Positions 36,223 through 49,362 of a stretch of DNA of 64,000 nucleotides are shown here, piece by piece; the stretch's first letter is position 1, and each line of letters begins with the position of its first letter. A program made the translations under genes and the position numbers. The DNA is taken from positions 992,001-1,056,000 of the forward strand of contig CM035353.1 of NCBI GenBank assembly GCA_020137815.1. The letters are read 5' to 3'. The notes under the pieces were generated by a model, which was given only the letters and a program-made list of their open reading frames with translations, was not told the origin of the DNA and did not search any database. Source of the stretch: Hormiphora californensis. Lineage: Eukaryota > Animalia > Ctenophora.

Positions 36223-37288
36223 TGTATGTCTGTGTGTGCGTGTGTGTGTATGTATGTATGTGTGTGTTTGTTCTCTTTCTCGAGCGGTTAAGGGAACAGG
36301 ATCTTCACTTCATCTGGACCTTATTTGGCATGGTTCTAAGAAGTTTCACTCTATCATGGCCATGGGCCATACTGGTAAACGGACTTTCACCCAGGTTGTA
36401 TCTTCTGTATCATTGCTCGGCTTTTTACCTAGGTTTGGGTATAGTCCAATTTTCTACTCGAGTGGCGGGGTGCCGGGCACTTAATTCTTTTCTCTGGTCT
36501 TGTCTTGGTGGTATGGGGCTTGATCCTGGTATCACTGGATAGGTCTCTGCCTTGTCGAGCGTCACTGGTTCAGCCAGTTTCTCATCTGTTTAGCGAGTTG
36601 GTGTGTGGCGACCTGTCGCTTGAGTGGGAAATTGGACTTTAGTTTGTATTCTGCTATCTTTGGATCCCTTGATCCAAGAGCGTTTTATATCTTTCTGAAC
36701 TGCATTTGCAGTTGTGGTTGCTCTTTCAATTTTCGTTTCATGTAGAAATCTATCAACTCTCTATTCACAGGATATCACATCACAATGTTGCCAAAAGGGA
36801 TTTGAAGTCTTATCGTTCACTATCATACTCTGCAAGACACGAGTAAACCATTTTTCAAGACCAAGCTCAACATTAAACCTGATTAAGACCTCATCTTTTC
36901 CATGACGTGCACACCTTATTGAGACTGGTGTAGTAATTTTTTACGTTGAGATCTATGGCCTCTGTTGCGCTATATTTTTGTAGACTTTTGTATGATTCTA
37001 TCTTGTGGATATTCAGTGTTCAGTTTATGCTGTTTTGATTAACTTATTAACTATTTATTAACTATTTATTAATTATATGTGACAGTTTATGCTGTTTTTT
37101 AATTAACTTATTATGTATGTATTTAATTATATGACAACGAGGACTTTCGGAAGGACATTGATACGAAGATGCGCTTTAGAAAGCGAGTTTTGATCGAAAG
37201 GACGCTTTAGTATAAGTCGATCGAGATAAACACTTTTCGCTCAAAAGCGATTTATAAATGTTAAATGTTATTGTTATTGTTATTGTTA
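32770..37288 (+). mobile_element. L2-clade LINE including a probable ~1.5-kb 3' UTR
   Basis: ORF2 followed by non-coding sequence ending AAAGCGATTTATAAATGTTAAATGTTATTGTTATTGTTATTGTT, which resembles an L2-type 3' tail with a short tandem repeat. No ORF1 seen; 5' boundary approximate. Confidence 0.65.
32815..35754 (+). CDS. L2-clade (CR1 group) LINE ORF2: apurinic-like endonuclease plus reverse transcriptase, intact
   Basis: 979-codon ORF. APE motifs GNCFSL, LALTETWL, RGGGVA, ILGDFN, LDLIL, PDH. RT motifs NYRPVSNLPFLGKLIE, LLDLSAAFDTVNH, GVPQGSILGP, YADDTQ. L2-type C-terminus HFLPV..RIEYK..RAFS..GPRLWNKLP. True start codon uncertain. Confidence 0.96.
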   Translation: MVRRWHETGAKGKQGCRTLRIGLGNCFSLRNKVNSVLGMMVENDLDILALTETWLKTGETAVEAEVAEWRHKLVSAPRKGKRGGGVAFMMRNKIKYSRCNTSQKSFECLEIFVKGTVGVRLAVVYRTGNDYGHFITEFGAYLNSFLSKGGTPVILGDFNVRYQDDSDRFTQKFKGLLSMEGWSQHVLGATHIRGGLLDLILTRDTDGTNLTGLEIYRSPVLPDHSLVSFSMDVAGFSANKAVKVVRSRKMKDLDIEDLKEDILQSDLCDELPNDLDDCVELYNSSLTSFMDNRAPVITRVVSERDEQWFSENYEVCQAAKTEKRRKERKYRAVLKTSTDPAELVKHFNASKEQEKDSEKILNETREKFFSKKLELQKDDPRGTWQTTHHLMGTKRVEVMPGHIEKDRLADSFMAAFKGKVDKIYRKMEEKLRNESDGRELQYLTQSPNAPRVPSFKFQPVSDTVLRSTIMEMGTKHCELDPIPTSFVRRLFGELLPVLSKIVNDSLLSGKFPTALKTALIRPLIKKSDLDADDLGNYRPVSNLPFLGKLIEKCAADQFVKHLEDNNLLSRHQSAYRQHKSCETATLRIFDDLLTLTDERSKVVLLLLDLSAAFDTVNHSTLLKRLEQLYGVSDTSLDWFRSYLTGRGASVMVGELKSAFTELTIGVPQGSILGPILFICYTKELELIAEKHGVGIHFYADDTQVYAAYSADDFSDIEQKLQACVSDIQAWLTTNFLQLNPTKTEVMILSPRGSTSVDSVQLFKEGTPTVVTNSARNLGVYFDSKLSMDEHVLKVVNACKSTLVNLWRIAGKLSRRLRTLLVCSLIHSKMDYCNSLMTGMTKKNVQELQKIQNAASRFIYGQRRWRGTTQLRKELHFLPVSERIEYKTCVLVFKCLNGLAPDYLSGRLLKRKTKSIGLRADGDKLLLEIPHPNYKTTDRAFSVSGPRLWNKLPRELRESETLKRFKVDLKTFLFCRAFGV

Positions 37289-37739
37289 GAGCCGTTTTAG
37301 TGAATCAACGTTTTAGCAGGGCGCACCTGTAAACAGGCCACCAAAACACCCAGATTGTAACGGCGCCCAAGTTTCTTCGAAAAAAAACGTGAATAAACAC
37401 TTCTTACTTTTCGCAACTTTCCACGCAATTTGTCGGCCATGACTAAACTTTATTCGTGTCACGTGTGAGTCAATATACATCAACATACATTTATTATACA
37501 TTATTACCAAGCTTTCTATCACAAACAATAAACTAACACTAACAAAAAGATCATCTCCGGGTACTTTTCAACATCTTGGTCCTCGATCCGTGAATCTGCT
37601 TTCTTGACGACTTTGATGAATTCATCTCCATGGCCTCCTGTTGTCGATAGGAGAATGACCTTCGACTTTTGATTTATTTCGTCGGGCGTGGTTAAGCGTG
37701 TCACGTGTGAGTAATTAGATATTTTAAATTTGTTTATTA

Positions 37740-38693
37740 ACTACTCCAACGGCCTACACCGTCGTAGGCCAAACACAGCCTCTTCGGTGTAACCCAAGTT
37801 TTCAAGTTTTGCACTCCCTTTTTTCTGCCTCCATAACGTGGCAATTTACATACTGTCCGTCGTACATTACTCTCTTCGCGTGGCAGTGGATCATCCACTG
37901 TGGATGTACCAGGTGTACCAGATACCTATAGCAACACTTCTTTCAGACTCTTTAAAATCGTTTTTGCCAAATCCCGACCGGTTTGTTTCCACTAGCTGGA
38001 TGGCTGATGATACCAAAACTGAAATAAAAAGTACCTTAGTAGGCCTTAACCAAGGCGTAGGTAACTAATTGATTATTAAACAAATCATAATCGTATTCTT
38101 AAACAAATAGTATACTAAATAGTATACTATACTGTAGCAGATATTTAGTGGCAGCTGACCTAAATCGATTAGGGGAACGTCACATACTTTTCTGCGCTGG
38201 TAATATGTTTGACGGAACCTCGGTGGCCCGAGAGTGTGTTCAGCAACCGGGACCACCTGGTTATCCTTTTTCCATTGGCATGTCTGTACGGCTCTGTTAT
38301 TTCTCGAGTTTCTTCACCATCTGGCAGTGCCCATCGTGGTTTCTTGGGACAAACCCTACATGTCACGACGTTCTCGTTTTCCTGCAATCATTTCAAACAT
38401 GAAAAAGGTAATACTTTAGTCCTAATACCCTATCATTCCTTGTACTAGGTAGATACAGGAATCAGGATACTAGAGTACCTACTACCTACTCCCCAATTTA
38501 AAAATTAAAATATTTGTGACCCGTGTACTCACCACTTTCTCGAATTCAGGGAACTCATTCCTGAGAGATTCCATGGACTCGCAACTGGTGATGGTTCGTG
38601 GGCATTTCTTCGGCGTCTTCTTCACCGGCTCAGCCTTCCTCTTCTTGGAGTTTTGTTTCAGCTCCTCCAGAATGGCTTTGTTCGACTCCAAAA
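37740..38693 (-). pseudogene. Decayed intron-containing hAT-like transposase
   Basis: Exons 38693-38533 (KKRK basic patch) and 38381-38188 (VTCRVC...LSGHRGSVKH, TTF-type zinc-finger-like). Frameshifted remnants HPASG..TGRDLAKTILKSL and YDGQYV align with the 62826-63360 exons. Confidence 0.55.
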
Positions 38694-39533
38694 CTGAGAG
38701 ACAAGAGGTAATTCATAATTCATTAGAATTACACTACATTTGAGTTTGTTTAATTACACTAACAACTAACAAGTGACACATGCTCGTGCAATTTGATCAG
38801 TGACCACAACACAGTTTCTAGTCTCTAGTTCTCTCTCTGTGATTCCTTAGTTCTAATACTTTCTGACGGGACTTTGTTAGGAACAAGGGTGAACTGCTCT
38901 GAATCCGATGATGTGGCACTGGCACTGGCACTGTTGTTGGGGCCGTTGGCCGGACACCCTGTACTACTCATATTCTGTTCCTCCCTACTCTCTCCATTCC
39001 TCATTTCCATCCTCATTTCATACTTTGTTGGTGGGGCAATGTTCCATATATGTTAATTATCTTCCTTTTAATTTATGTACATGACTTTACAGCTCTTTTT
39101 GGTTCTGTTGAATGTCTACTGTATATAAATACTCCTAGATGATGTTCTCCAGTCGGGTGAGAGCTTCCAATGCCATATCGACTGTGTCGCGGGTGGCAGT
39201 CTTTTTAGCTGCTTCTAGGATGGTGCAGATCGCTGAACTGTAATCCTCGCACTCTCTTGACGACGGTGATGAGTCGATTTCGAGGGTTTCGAGGGTTTAC
39301 CCTCTTCCCGATCACCTCCTTCGCAGTGGTCGGTAGTGGTTGGGCCAGCAAAACTCCTCTTTGATGTCGTTGGGGCTCAGATGGGGATCTATCGTCAGTA
39401 TAGCCTTCTACTACTTAGATTCTGTTCCTGTTGATGTAGGTTCCCTCCCCTTTCTTTACGAATGAACGAAGACAGGTTTCCGGGAACTAAAACTTTCTAA
39501 AAAGGGGAATTTACAAGGTTAATAAACATAAAG

Positions 39534-39573
<40 letters not shown>

Positions 39574-41374
39574 AATATATATATATATATGTATGAATAG
39601 ATGAAAACATTTCAAACACGCTCAACAATACTTTACTTCACTCCCTCCACTCTCCATTCCTCACCTCCATCCTCATTTCATAGTTTGTTGGTGGGGCAAA
39701 GTTCCATATGTTATGTTTTCTTTTTTTAATGTATGTACATGACTTTTACGGCTCTATCTTTGTGCTGTTGTATGAACAATACAACTCTATCTATCTATCG
39801 AGGATGATTATCAAATATCAATGAACTACCTCAGCTCTTTAGTCCCGTTGAGTTAGTATACTGGTACGTCTTGTTCGATCAGGGAATTTTCAAGTTCCAC
39901 GAAGTCCGGGTCCTCAAGCGCTATGAGTTCCTGGCTATAAGCCCTAAATTGTCTACCTCTGTGCTGTCGCATTAGGCGTTGCTGGGGTGTCATTCGCCTC
40001 ATGTCGCTAAATGGGGAGATTGGTTAGTTAACACTGGGAATTAAGCAACTTGACAGGGTTTTGGCAGCGTAGCAGTCAGTTCCATATATGTTATATACAT
40101 TATCTTCTTTTTTAATTTATGTAAATGACTTTTACAGCACTTACCACACTTTCTGGGTGTGTCCCCGAGTTCCACAATAGTGGCACACTGGCTTTGGAGT
40201 TTCGGTTGGTGGGGGTGGAGTGTTGGCCGGTGGGGTCTCTGGGGTGGGTGCGGGGTGCCACTAGCCGCATCTAATTTGGCGGCGACGGCAAAGCCCTTCA
40301 CTACAGCTTCCAGGAACTCCATGCTAAAGATATACATAGTTAGTAATAACGTAAAGGGGGTGGGCAAGGGCAAATATAATGTCTTATTCCGTTATGAAAT
40401 TGGGGATCGATCTGCCGTCGCTGCATCCATTTTAGCCGCGATGGCAAACCCCTTGATAACAGCCTCTACAAATTCCATGCTAAAGATAGAGATACATAGT
40501 TAGTAATAACATAAGGGGGGGGGGGCAAGGGCAAATACAATATCTTATTCCGTCATGAAATTCGGGATCGATCTGGCTTTTATGATCTGGCTTTTTGAAA
40601 AAATGCCTGGCACAAATATATACTATACAGACTGAGAGAACGTTGTACATACCCTCCCTCTTGTGTTATCACTATATATTAACAAGATAGACAACGATAT
40701 AATGGTACTAAATACTAAATATTAAATACGAAATATTAAATTCAGCCCCCCTAAGGTCTTTCCAAACAGCCCCATGCCCCCAGAGTGTCCATATTGAGCT
40801 CTAATACTCCCTCGTTTAATTAATAGCCTCTTTTTGTTAAATGAATCAATCTTATAAATCTTGTTTAGTCTCTTCAAATCAATCTTTAAAATCTCAGAAA
40901 CAGTCTCTAATTTGTCCCATCTGAAAGAAAACATTTGATCAGCCGGGGGTCAATGGGTCTTAAAAGTCACTTTTGAAATAAGGCCCTGTAGTTAGAGGTA
41001 GAACTAAACATTTCAATTTACCAATACACTTACTTAGTCGTATCAGGCTGTAAGCTGTGTCGGAGGTATTTCACAACCCTCCGACTATCCCTCTCTATCC
41101 CGGTTTCACACTTTCCAGTCTTTCCTAATAATAAATAAAGACGAGTTCTTAGATTTCTTTATTGAGTCAGGATATCTAATTCTGACAGAAACTTCAAAAA
41201 TTTAGAATTGTTAATGTGTGAGTGGAAGCGTTTATTATTATTTGGGGGGGGGGAGTGCTCCCGTAAACAATCTTTAATGCTGAGAGTTCTCAGTTGTTAA
41301 ATAAATGCGCTCTTGCGCTAACACGTCAGATGAAATAAATTACTAAACAAACATATATATCGTCCGTTGTGCTC

Positions 41375-41640
41375 TCTACTCGCCCACCTCTATATCCTCT
41401 GAGTGAGAGAGTCACACTCCTCAACATTGAGAATGAAAGCTTCAGACGAATGAATCGAATACATTTGTTGTAATTGTTTTTTGTTTTCTTAGCTTTCAGT
41501 TCCGCAAGCCGTTTTACAAAGGTTGAGAAATCTTTTCCCATCCCTCCGGTGGTTGACATCACCAATGGTGTAAATGACCCCTTTTCCACTTCCAGCACCC
41601 GATGAAGATAAGCTGTCCGTTTTGTTGCTTCAGTGTTTAT
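41375..41640 (-). mobile_element. 3' fragment of a CRE-like non-LTR retrotransposon (restriction-like endonuclease C-terminus)
   Basis: KRTAYLHRVLEVEKGSFTPLVMSTTGGMG...KRLAEL...IRLKLSFSMLRSVTLSLRG matches the conserved C-terminal pattern of animal CRE-clade elements (from memory of the family pattern). Confidence 0.75.
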
Positions 41641-42961
41641 TGCTGTTGTGTTTATTGCTGTTGAGAGCAGTGTTAGGTCTCCTGGTAGCTTGTAAGGATC
41701 TTCATAGCTGAGACCCGCTTCCATTTGAAGATCGGCTAGCAGTGGCACGGTCCCTTCTAACAGGATCAAGTTCTTCTTGTTATTGTAGCGCCAATATTGG
41801 TGAGTGAACCAGTACCTGTCCACCTCACCGACTGAGTATTGAGTAAGGGTCCGTTCGCCACCCTCAGCATGCATGGAAGGTAGAGCCTTGCTAGCCAACG
41901 GGCATAGACCCGAGCTCCTCTTTCATGGCCACCAGGTCTACAGGGAACCATGTCCTACCCATTCAAGTGTCCAGATAGATGGGGCAGTTTTTTCTGGTTC
42001 GATACTTTTTGATCTAGTATTGTCTGTATTATCCAATATAATAGATAACAATCCATTAACCAAGATTTCAACTATGTAAGATGTAAAAAACAGTTTTTAG
42101 TATTTCAGTGACCGTTCGGCTTCCAAATGTTTGAATGTTGCACACACGCTAACACACGCCAGACCAGTTCGGAGGTCCAACAGTGGCCCCCACTCCAAGC
42201 ACTAGTCCTGCACTTTGATATTTCTCACTTTCATTGTCCTCCTAGACGCGTGGCCTCTGGACCATCTTGAATAGCCGATTCACATATTCCCTGTTTCTCT
42301 GGATCTGTGCGGTTTAACTTCACTTGCTCTGCTTTGATCTTTTCTTCATTCAAGGCTGCCAGTGCAAGTTGTTGCCTATAATACCTGTAGAGATATAGCC
42401 AGTCGCTTCCATATAAATGTCGAGTTTGTCAGAGTGACAGTCTTCAAAGTGGGCTCTTTCGTTGTACTGCCAACCTTCTAATGTACAGCCAGGCACTTTG
42501 CACTCAATGATATAGTTCATAGAAGGTATCCTCACGGACAGCAACAAAATTATATTCCGTTTTTTAGTACTAAAAGGGTACCCAGTTAAATATATTATCG
42601 ACAGTTTAAAAATTAAGGTGTAGGAGGGTCGTGCAGCACAGGAGCCACTCCAGCGGGTAAGGTGGTGTGGGCGCTCTGCAGAAGCTGGCCATGTAATGTT
42701 CAGGGACTGGGCTAGTGCTGATAGTTTAAAAATAAAAATGAATTCAATGAGTTGGAAGTTCCAGACATCTATTTCCTCCAAAGCGTCGGAAAACATAGTG
42801 CTAACAAACTGTTAAGGAAAAGAACTGTTGTTACTATGCAAATGTTGTTTTTCTTTGACCAAGCTCCTTCATTCTCGCCTTCACAGTAAAATTTCGGAAT
42901 TTAGACATTATCAGGAGTCACTATGTGGAGAGGTTCTGTTATGTTATTGATTTTAGAATGA

Positions 42962-43146
42962 TGTTGTAGTGCGGTTTTAGATACTAGAACGACAAGAAAG
43001 ATGGTGTGCGGAACCGAAGTTCTTGAACTCAATTTTAGTCAACCATAAATACCAAATCGATAGACTAAACAATATCTTTAAACATGTATGCTATTGCGAC
43101 TCTGACGTAGAGCCTCAACAGCATCACATAGAACCAACCCATAACA
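42962..43146. repeat. 185-bp direct repeat, copy 1 (copy 2 at 46552-46736)
   Basis: TGTTGTAGTGCGGTTTTAGATACTAGAAC...GAACCAACCCATAACA appears identical at both sites by eye. Confidence 0.9.
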
Positions 43147-43218
43147 TATGCCCCTAAAAAAAGAAAAAATATTTCTCTGGCTCTTTCGAGTCTGAGGAAT
43201 ATTTTTAACACACTTTAA

Positions 43219-44606
43219 GGGTACGCTAACCAAAATTTGGTTAGATGCAGGGAAATCTCTCACCGTAGGGTTGTAGGCCATACCAAGGAGACCTCAAATA
43301 TGCAATTTTAGCCCTTAAGTCGAATTCATATTTTTGCTACAGCTGTTTAAAAAATGTCCTGAAAATACGTTTTTGGCATCTCAAAATTTTTTTTTCAAAG
43401 ATAGGAGCATGAAAATTTGGGGATTTGAAGAGGACATGAAGGTGAATAACCACAAAAAATTTTTTTGCAATCCGAGCTGATTTCCGGTCCTGAGATGGAT
43501 TTCTTTTTTTCCACTTTAACGCCCTATTTGGCAAAGTTCCGAAAACATGTGAAAGCTGTAAATTGGTGAAAAGTTGCGTCTAACGATTATCTAAGTGGCC
43601 ATAAATTTTGGGCGTGTCCTTATTTGAGATAAGCTGTACGGAGTTTTTTTTGTGAAAGCCGTCATTTCAGAAATAAATAAATTCCCTGTATCTCAAAAAC
43701 GGCTGATCGTAGAGACCTGAGACTATGCTTAAACGATTCAGAAGGTCCGATTTTGGGGGGGTCTTCTGAGAGACATTTTGCTCCTACTTCAACCGTTTTT
43801 GCTGTAATTGCGAAAAACAATAACCCATCTTCGCCATCGTGGATTTTTTGTGATTTTGTTTTTGATGATTATAGGGACCCATATGGACCAAATAGTGAAG
43901 GAATTAGCTTGTTAAACATTTTTCCATAGTTTCGGTCCTTTCTTAGCTAAAATTCCCTAATTACAGGATATTGGAGTTTAGCTTTTGCCCTTTTCATAGA
44001 ATTTGTTTTTCGCAATTACAGCAAAAACGGTTGAAGTAGGAGCAAAATGTCTCTCAGAAGACCCCCCCAAAATCGGACCTTCTGAATCGTTTAAGCATAG
44101 TCTCAGGTCTCTACGATCAGCCGTTTTTGAGATACAGGGAATTTATTTATTTCTGAAATGACGGCTTTCACAAAAAAAATTCTGTACAGCTTATCTCAAA
44201 TAAGGACACGCCCAAAATTTATGGCCACTTAGATAATCGTTAGACGCAACTTTTCACCAATTTACAGCTTTCACATGTTTTCGGAACTTTGCCAAATAGG
44301 GCGTTAAAGTGGAAAAAAAGAAATCCATCTCAGGACCGGAAATCAGCTCGGATTGCAAAAAAAAATTTTGTGGTTATTCACCTTCATGTCCTCTTCAAAT
44401 CCCCAAATTTTCATGCTCCTATCTTTGAAAAAAATTTTTTGAGATGCCAAAAACTTATTTTCAGTTCATTTTTCAAGCAGCTGTAGCAAAAATATGAATT
44501 CGACTTGAGAGCTCAAATTGCATATTTGAGGTCTCCTTGGCATGGCCTACAACCCTACGGTGAGAGATTTCCCTGCACTCGAAAAAAATTTTTGGTTAGC
44601 GTACCC
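43219..44606. mobile_element. Large foldback MITE, Kolobok-type
   Basis: TTAA|GGGTACGCTAACCAAAA ... TTTTGGTTAGCGTACCC|TTAA; ~600-bp near-identical inverted arms. Confidence 0.88.
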
Positions 44607-44679
44607 TTAAGATTACTAATAAAAATGCTAACCCACTCGTACCCACATAACCCAACTACTAAAATTACAATTATAAATT

Positions 44680-45025
<346 letters not shown>

Positions 45026-47202
45026 TAGGTCTATTTTTGGTATTTTCTGATGTGAAATACGATGTAAGACGTAGTAGAACTTGTAAAGACCGTCAGAAAT
45101 CGCTAAAATACGAAAATTTAAATTTTGACGTCATTTTGACGTCATAGTGTGACGTCACGACGTTATAACGTCTTGCTAATGAAAAATTATTATCAGGCTC
45201 ATCTAGATAAAGATGCTGACCAAGTTTGAGATCGATTGGACAAGATTTGAGGTCGCTATGGCGAAAAACGCACTATCGTCACTATCTATTTTATACAGTC
45301 TTAAAACTTCAGACGCGATTTAAGACCCTTGGAAATAGAGTTTCAAAAATTCGCGATATAGTTTCTGAAAGTTTAGACGATTATCTTTCATAAGTGTGGT
45401 CTCCATTTTTCAATCAGAAGCCGTCTTCAGGGTGTAAATTGAGCTCAAAGAAATTTGGTCGATTTGAAAAATACCTTAACTTTATGACAGTTTTTAAGGA
45501 CGTTCTGGTAAGACATAGAACATGAAAACCCTCCAATAACACAATCCAAACGATTATCTTTCGAATGCAACAAACGAGAAGTGTCTATCTCTTGTAGTTT
45601 TTCCAGAAAATTGTCTGCAAATTGTGTAAAAAAGCGTCTATATGTATGTATGTATGTATGTATGTACATGTATATATATATAGACACGGACATTTATTGC
45701 TTTTTTCACCATGTCATAACTCTAAAACTAAAAGAGATAGAGACTTGCCCTTTTAAACTCCAGTAGATCTAGTCTACGTGACACTGTATACCAAATTTTA
45801 GACCGATTGGTGCAGTGGGGGCCTCGCTATGGGCGTCGCAAAATGCCATTTTTGGCTAAAAACTGAAAAAACTTATTACTGCTTTCTGGCACGCGCGGCT
45901 GGGGGAGGTGGTGGTCACCTTTGCGCTTGCCAGCGCAGTGAAACACACACTTCAAAATCTGTCTTCTTATCCGCGAGATTCCACTGGTCCATCCACAAAA
46001 GCTTCGTACGTTGGAATATCCTGCCTGTTCCCGTCTAGGCCTAGCTAGGTTAACAATGGCCCAGAGAAGTACCAATGTGTAAATTGCTCCCTCGGCAACA
46101 ATGGCGTAAATTCCCCGTGGCTGCTTCAACTGGAACTCGCGCCTCGTGCGCTCACTATCGCCCCCTTACACATCAGCCAGCCCACGGGTACATCACGGGA
46201 AACAGAACAGTCTTCCTCCTCAGTAGTCCACTCAGCATCAAGAAACCAGTTGGTCGACGGATAGAAACCCAGGAGTCCATTACCCTTCCGTGAGACAGCC
46301 TAGCTCCTCCAAACTGGGTGTTGGTGAATCCCCGGGGCAGTAAATGCCATGTCACTGCGTACAATACAGGACCTTTCCCACGTAGATAGGTGCAACACGG
46401 GCACCGTGCAGGACTCGCGCCTCGTACGCTCCACGCCCTGAAAAATCATCCACGGGTACACGCGGGGTCAGCCGAAAACCACAGCCTAGTTGCTCCGTCC
46501 ACTTCCGGGTAGCAGGAACATCCTCAGGTTCGATTTGTATCTGGCTCCATTTGTTGTAGTGCGGTTTTAGATACTAGAACGACAAGAAAGATGGTGTGCG
46601 GAACCGAAGTTCTTGAACTCAATTTTAGTCAACCATAAATACCAAATCGATAGACTAAACAATATCTTTAAACATGTATGCTATTGCGACTCTGACGTAG
46701 AGCCTCAACAGCATCACATAGAACCAACCCATAACAATGACCACACTGCAGACCAGCATTTGGAAACGATAGTCGGTAACAATTTTACATATTTATGTAC
46801 ATATTTATGACGCAAAAACTGCGAACAGTGAACTGTGAACCGACCGGAGAAGCAAAACATCAACCTGGGTGGTATTTATTTACCTTATAGGTATGAGGTG
46901 GATGGTTGTTCAAGGTTTTCCAGGCGGAAGACATGTATCCTTTTGACTTCTGATCCTGAAAGATGGTGGGCGAGGCAGGATAGCCAATACCCGAGGTTCG
47001 TACTGCACCTGTACGAGGGCAGGAAGTGCTGTGGGCACTGGGGGCGCTGGAGGAGTAGGTGGTGGGGTCCAGCTGCCCCCACAATACCGTGCGGCTGAAA
47101 CGAAATAAATGTGTTAAATCGAATAAAATAATATTACATGACAATCATTGTTATTGACACCAATTATCTATTATTTGAATTTTATCAACCGGGGCATGGC
47201 CA

Positions 47203-48012
47203 AAGGGTGTGCTATTTTTCCAATTCCTAATTTAATTCAAAATTTCACTTGGTATCGGGTTAAATGAGCTCCTACGATCATTCTAAAACATTTTATCACA
47301 AAGTTTTGGCTCCACCATGGCCCAATTACGTTGGCACGAGCTATGCCCATATATGGGCATATTCATTTCAAAAAGTCTGTTTTAGGGCGTTATTTCGAAC
47401 AAAACACACATATCAATCGTCTCGTGACATCTTATACAACTGTTACTTTCAGTTTGAGCCTTCAGATATCCACTTTATGAACAAAAATAGAAGATTTTCT
47501 CCCTTTTTTTCTTGCTAATTTTACCAACTTGCAGAATTGTGGGGACGAATTTTAATTTTTTTAGTTTTTTCTTGGTGGAAAGCAAATTTCGGTTGTAATT
47601 GACTAATTTTGGCCTGCGGAACACGATCCCGTTCATGAAAAAGCTCTCAAAATTGAAGAACATGTCCAAAATGAACATTTTTTGTCAAAAATGAACATTT
47701 TTAGGTCAAAAATGAACTTTAGCATCGTTTAATGATGCATATCAATTCCTGTCAGTTTCGAGGTGCTGAACACAATCCTGACCATAAAAAGTTGATATCA
47801 AGAACATGTCAAAAACTGGTGAAAACCACACATATTTTCCTGTTTTTACCATTTTTCGGTTAAAAACTACACTTTTTAAATCGCGATGCCAACGTAACTG
47901 ACAAACACTATCCCGATTCTGTTTTGCTGATGTGATAGAGAATTGTCCATAGTTTCACATTAGCTAGATACTGAATGGCCTAGTCGAAAAAAATTTGAAA
48001 TAGCACACCCTA
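47203..48012. mobile_element. Old hAT-like MITE
   Basis: AGGGTGTGCTATTT ... AAATAGCACACCCTA inverted ends; no intact TSD. Confidence 0.5.
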
Positions 48013-49362
48013 CCATACCTTCCATAGAAGTCCGTCATAGTGGCGACCCTCATCGTGTTCAGTAATGCTAACACGTTCAGGTCCATGATGCTGTGTGGCA
48101 TTAGAAGTGTTATGATTTGAGTGAGATAATGAAAATCCCACATTTTATCTTCATTTTATCAATCTTTGAGATATTTGTGATCTGTAGGTGAAGCCGGAAA
48201 ACAGGCAAACATGTCCATGTCAGCCATCGTGGCTACCCGGAAACCGTTTAAAAGGCTCAAGACATTTATATCCATCCTATGTGGAATAAGTATGTTTAGA
48301 CTATGAGTGGAATAGGAAGATCCTAACTTGGATTTTTTTAAATTTCTCAATGTCACAGGTCCTGAGACAGAGACTTGAAATATATACATTGTCACTAATT
48401 GTACAAAAATACACTCTATGATAAAAATGAGTAACATCCCAGTGTCCAGATAGACGAGGCAGTTTGGTCTAGTTCGGTATTATAGAGCTAGTATTGTCTG
48501 TATTACCCAATTAAATTTAAATAAGTATAATACATAACATTCCATTAACCAAAATTTTAGCTTAATTTGTATGAAGCAATCTTGTTAACCATAAAATATA
48601 AAAAGTCATATAAAGTTATAAAAAAATATAACCATCTCCAAAACAATGTTTCAAATAAATTAAGATGAAAAGATGAAGATCAAATGATAAAGATGAAATG
48701 ACCAAGATGTTAAAGAACAAAAGATGAGAATTACCAAAATGTAAAAAAAAAAAGTTTTTAGTCTTTTAGTGGCTTCTAACAGTTTGAATGTTGCTGGGAA
48801 GAGTTCCTGGTTAACACTGTCCTTACCTTGATTGTTCCCCCTAAATGCCTAGCCATGGATCCCCATGGACCACTTAGAACAGCTTTTTCACATAAACGAT
48901 CCGGGTTTTACAGTATTAATTATTGTTAATGGAGAAAAATAGAATATTACCAGTTAGGTATTCATAGGGAATGCCATCTTCAATCCAGAAGTTAATTTTG
49001 CACACTCGAGGGCACAAGCGCCCGAGGACGTAGAAGGAGATTAAGTGGTCTTGGTCGTTCTTCTCTTCGTGTGTCTCGTCATCGCTACACCTAACCGACC
49101 GCGAGGGCCGGGTTGGAAGTGTTGGACCCGCCACATATCGAAAAACATAATTGTCTCTACACTAGTTTCTAATCATTCATTGTTCAGTAATGCCGCCTCG
49201 ACCTCGTCAGTGAGAGGTCCGTCCCCTGATTGTCATCAATCTGCATCTCACCAGTAATGCTATCAGGACTTGGGGGGCGGAGAGTTCTTTGGGGTGGTGG
49301 TCCATTAAACAAATTAGGGTGATTTGCGACACTTATGTGTGAATTGGTCGCGTGAAGATATA

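Noticed and set aside
43337-44486. Two near-identical 65-aa ORFs on opposite strands
   Set aside because: Mirror images within the inverted arms of a MITE; no transposase motifs.
46360-46520. Possible GIY-YIG motif (GAYEARV...IYVGK) on the minus strand
   Set aside because: Short, closed by a stop, and lacking downstream conserved residues; not supportable without a profile search.
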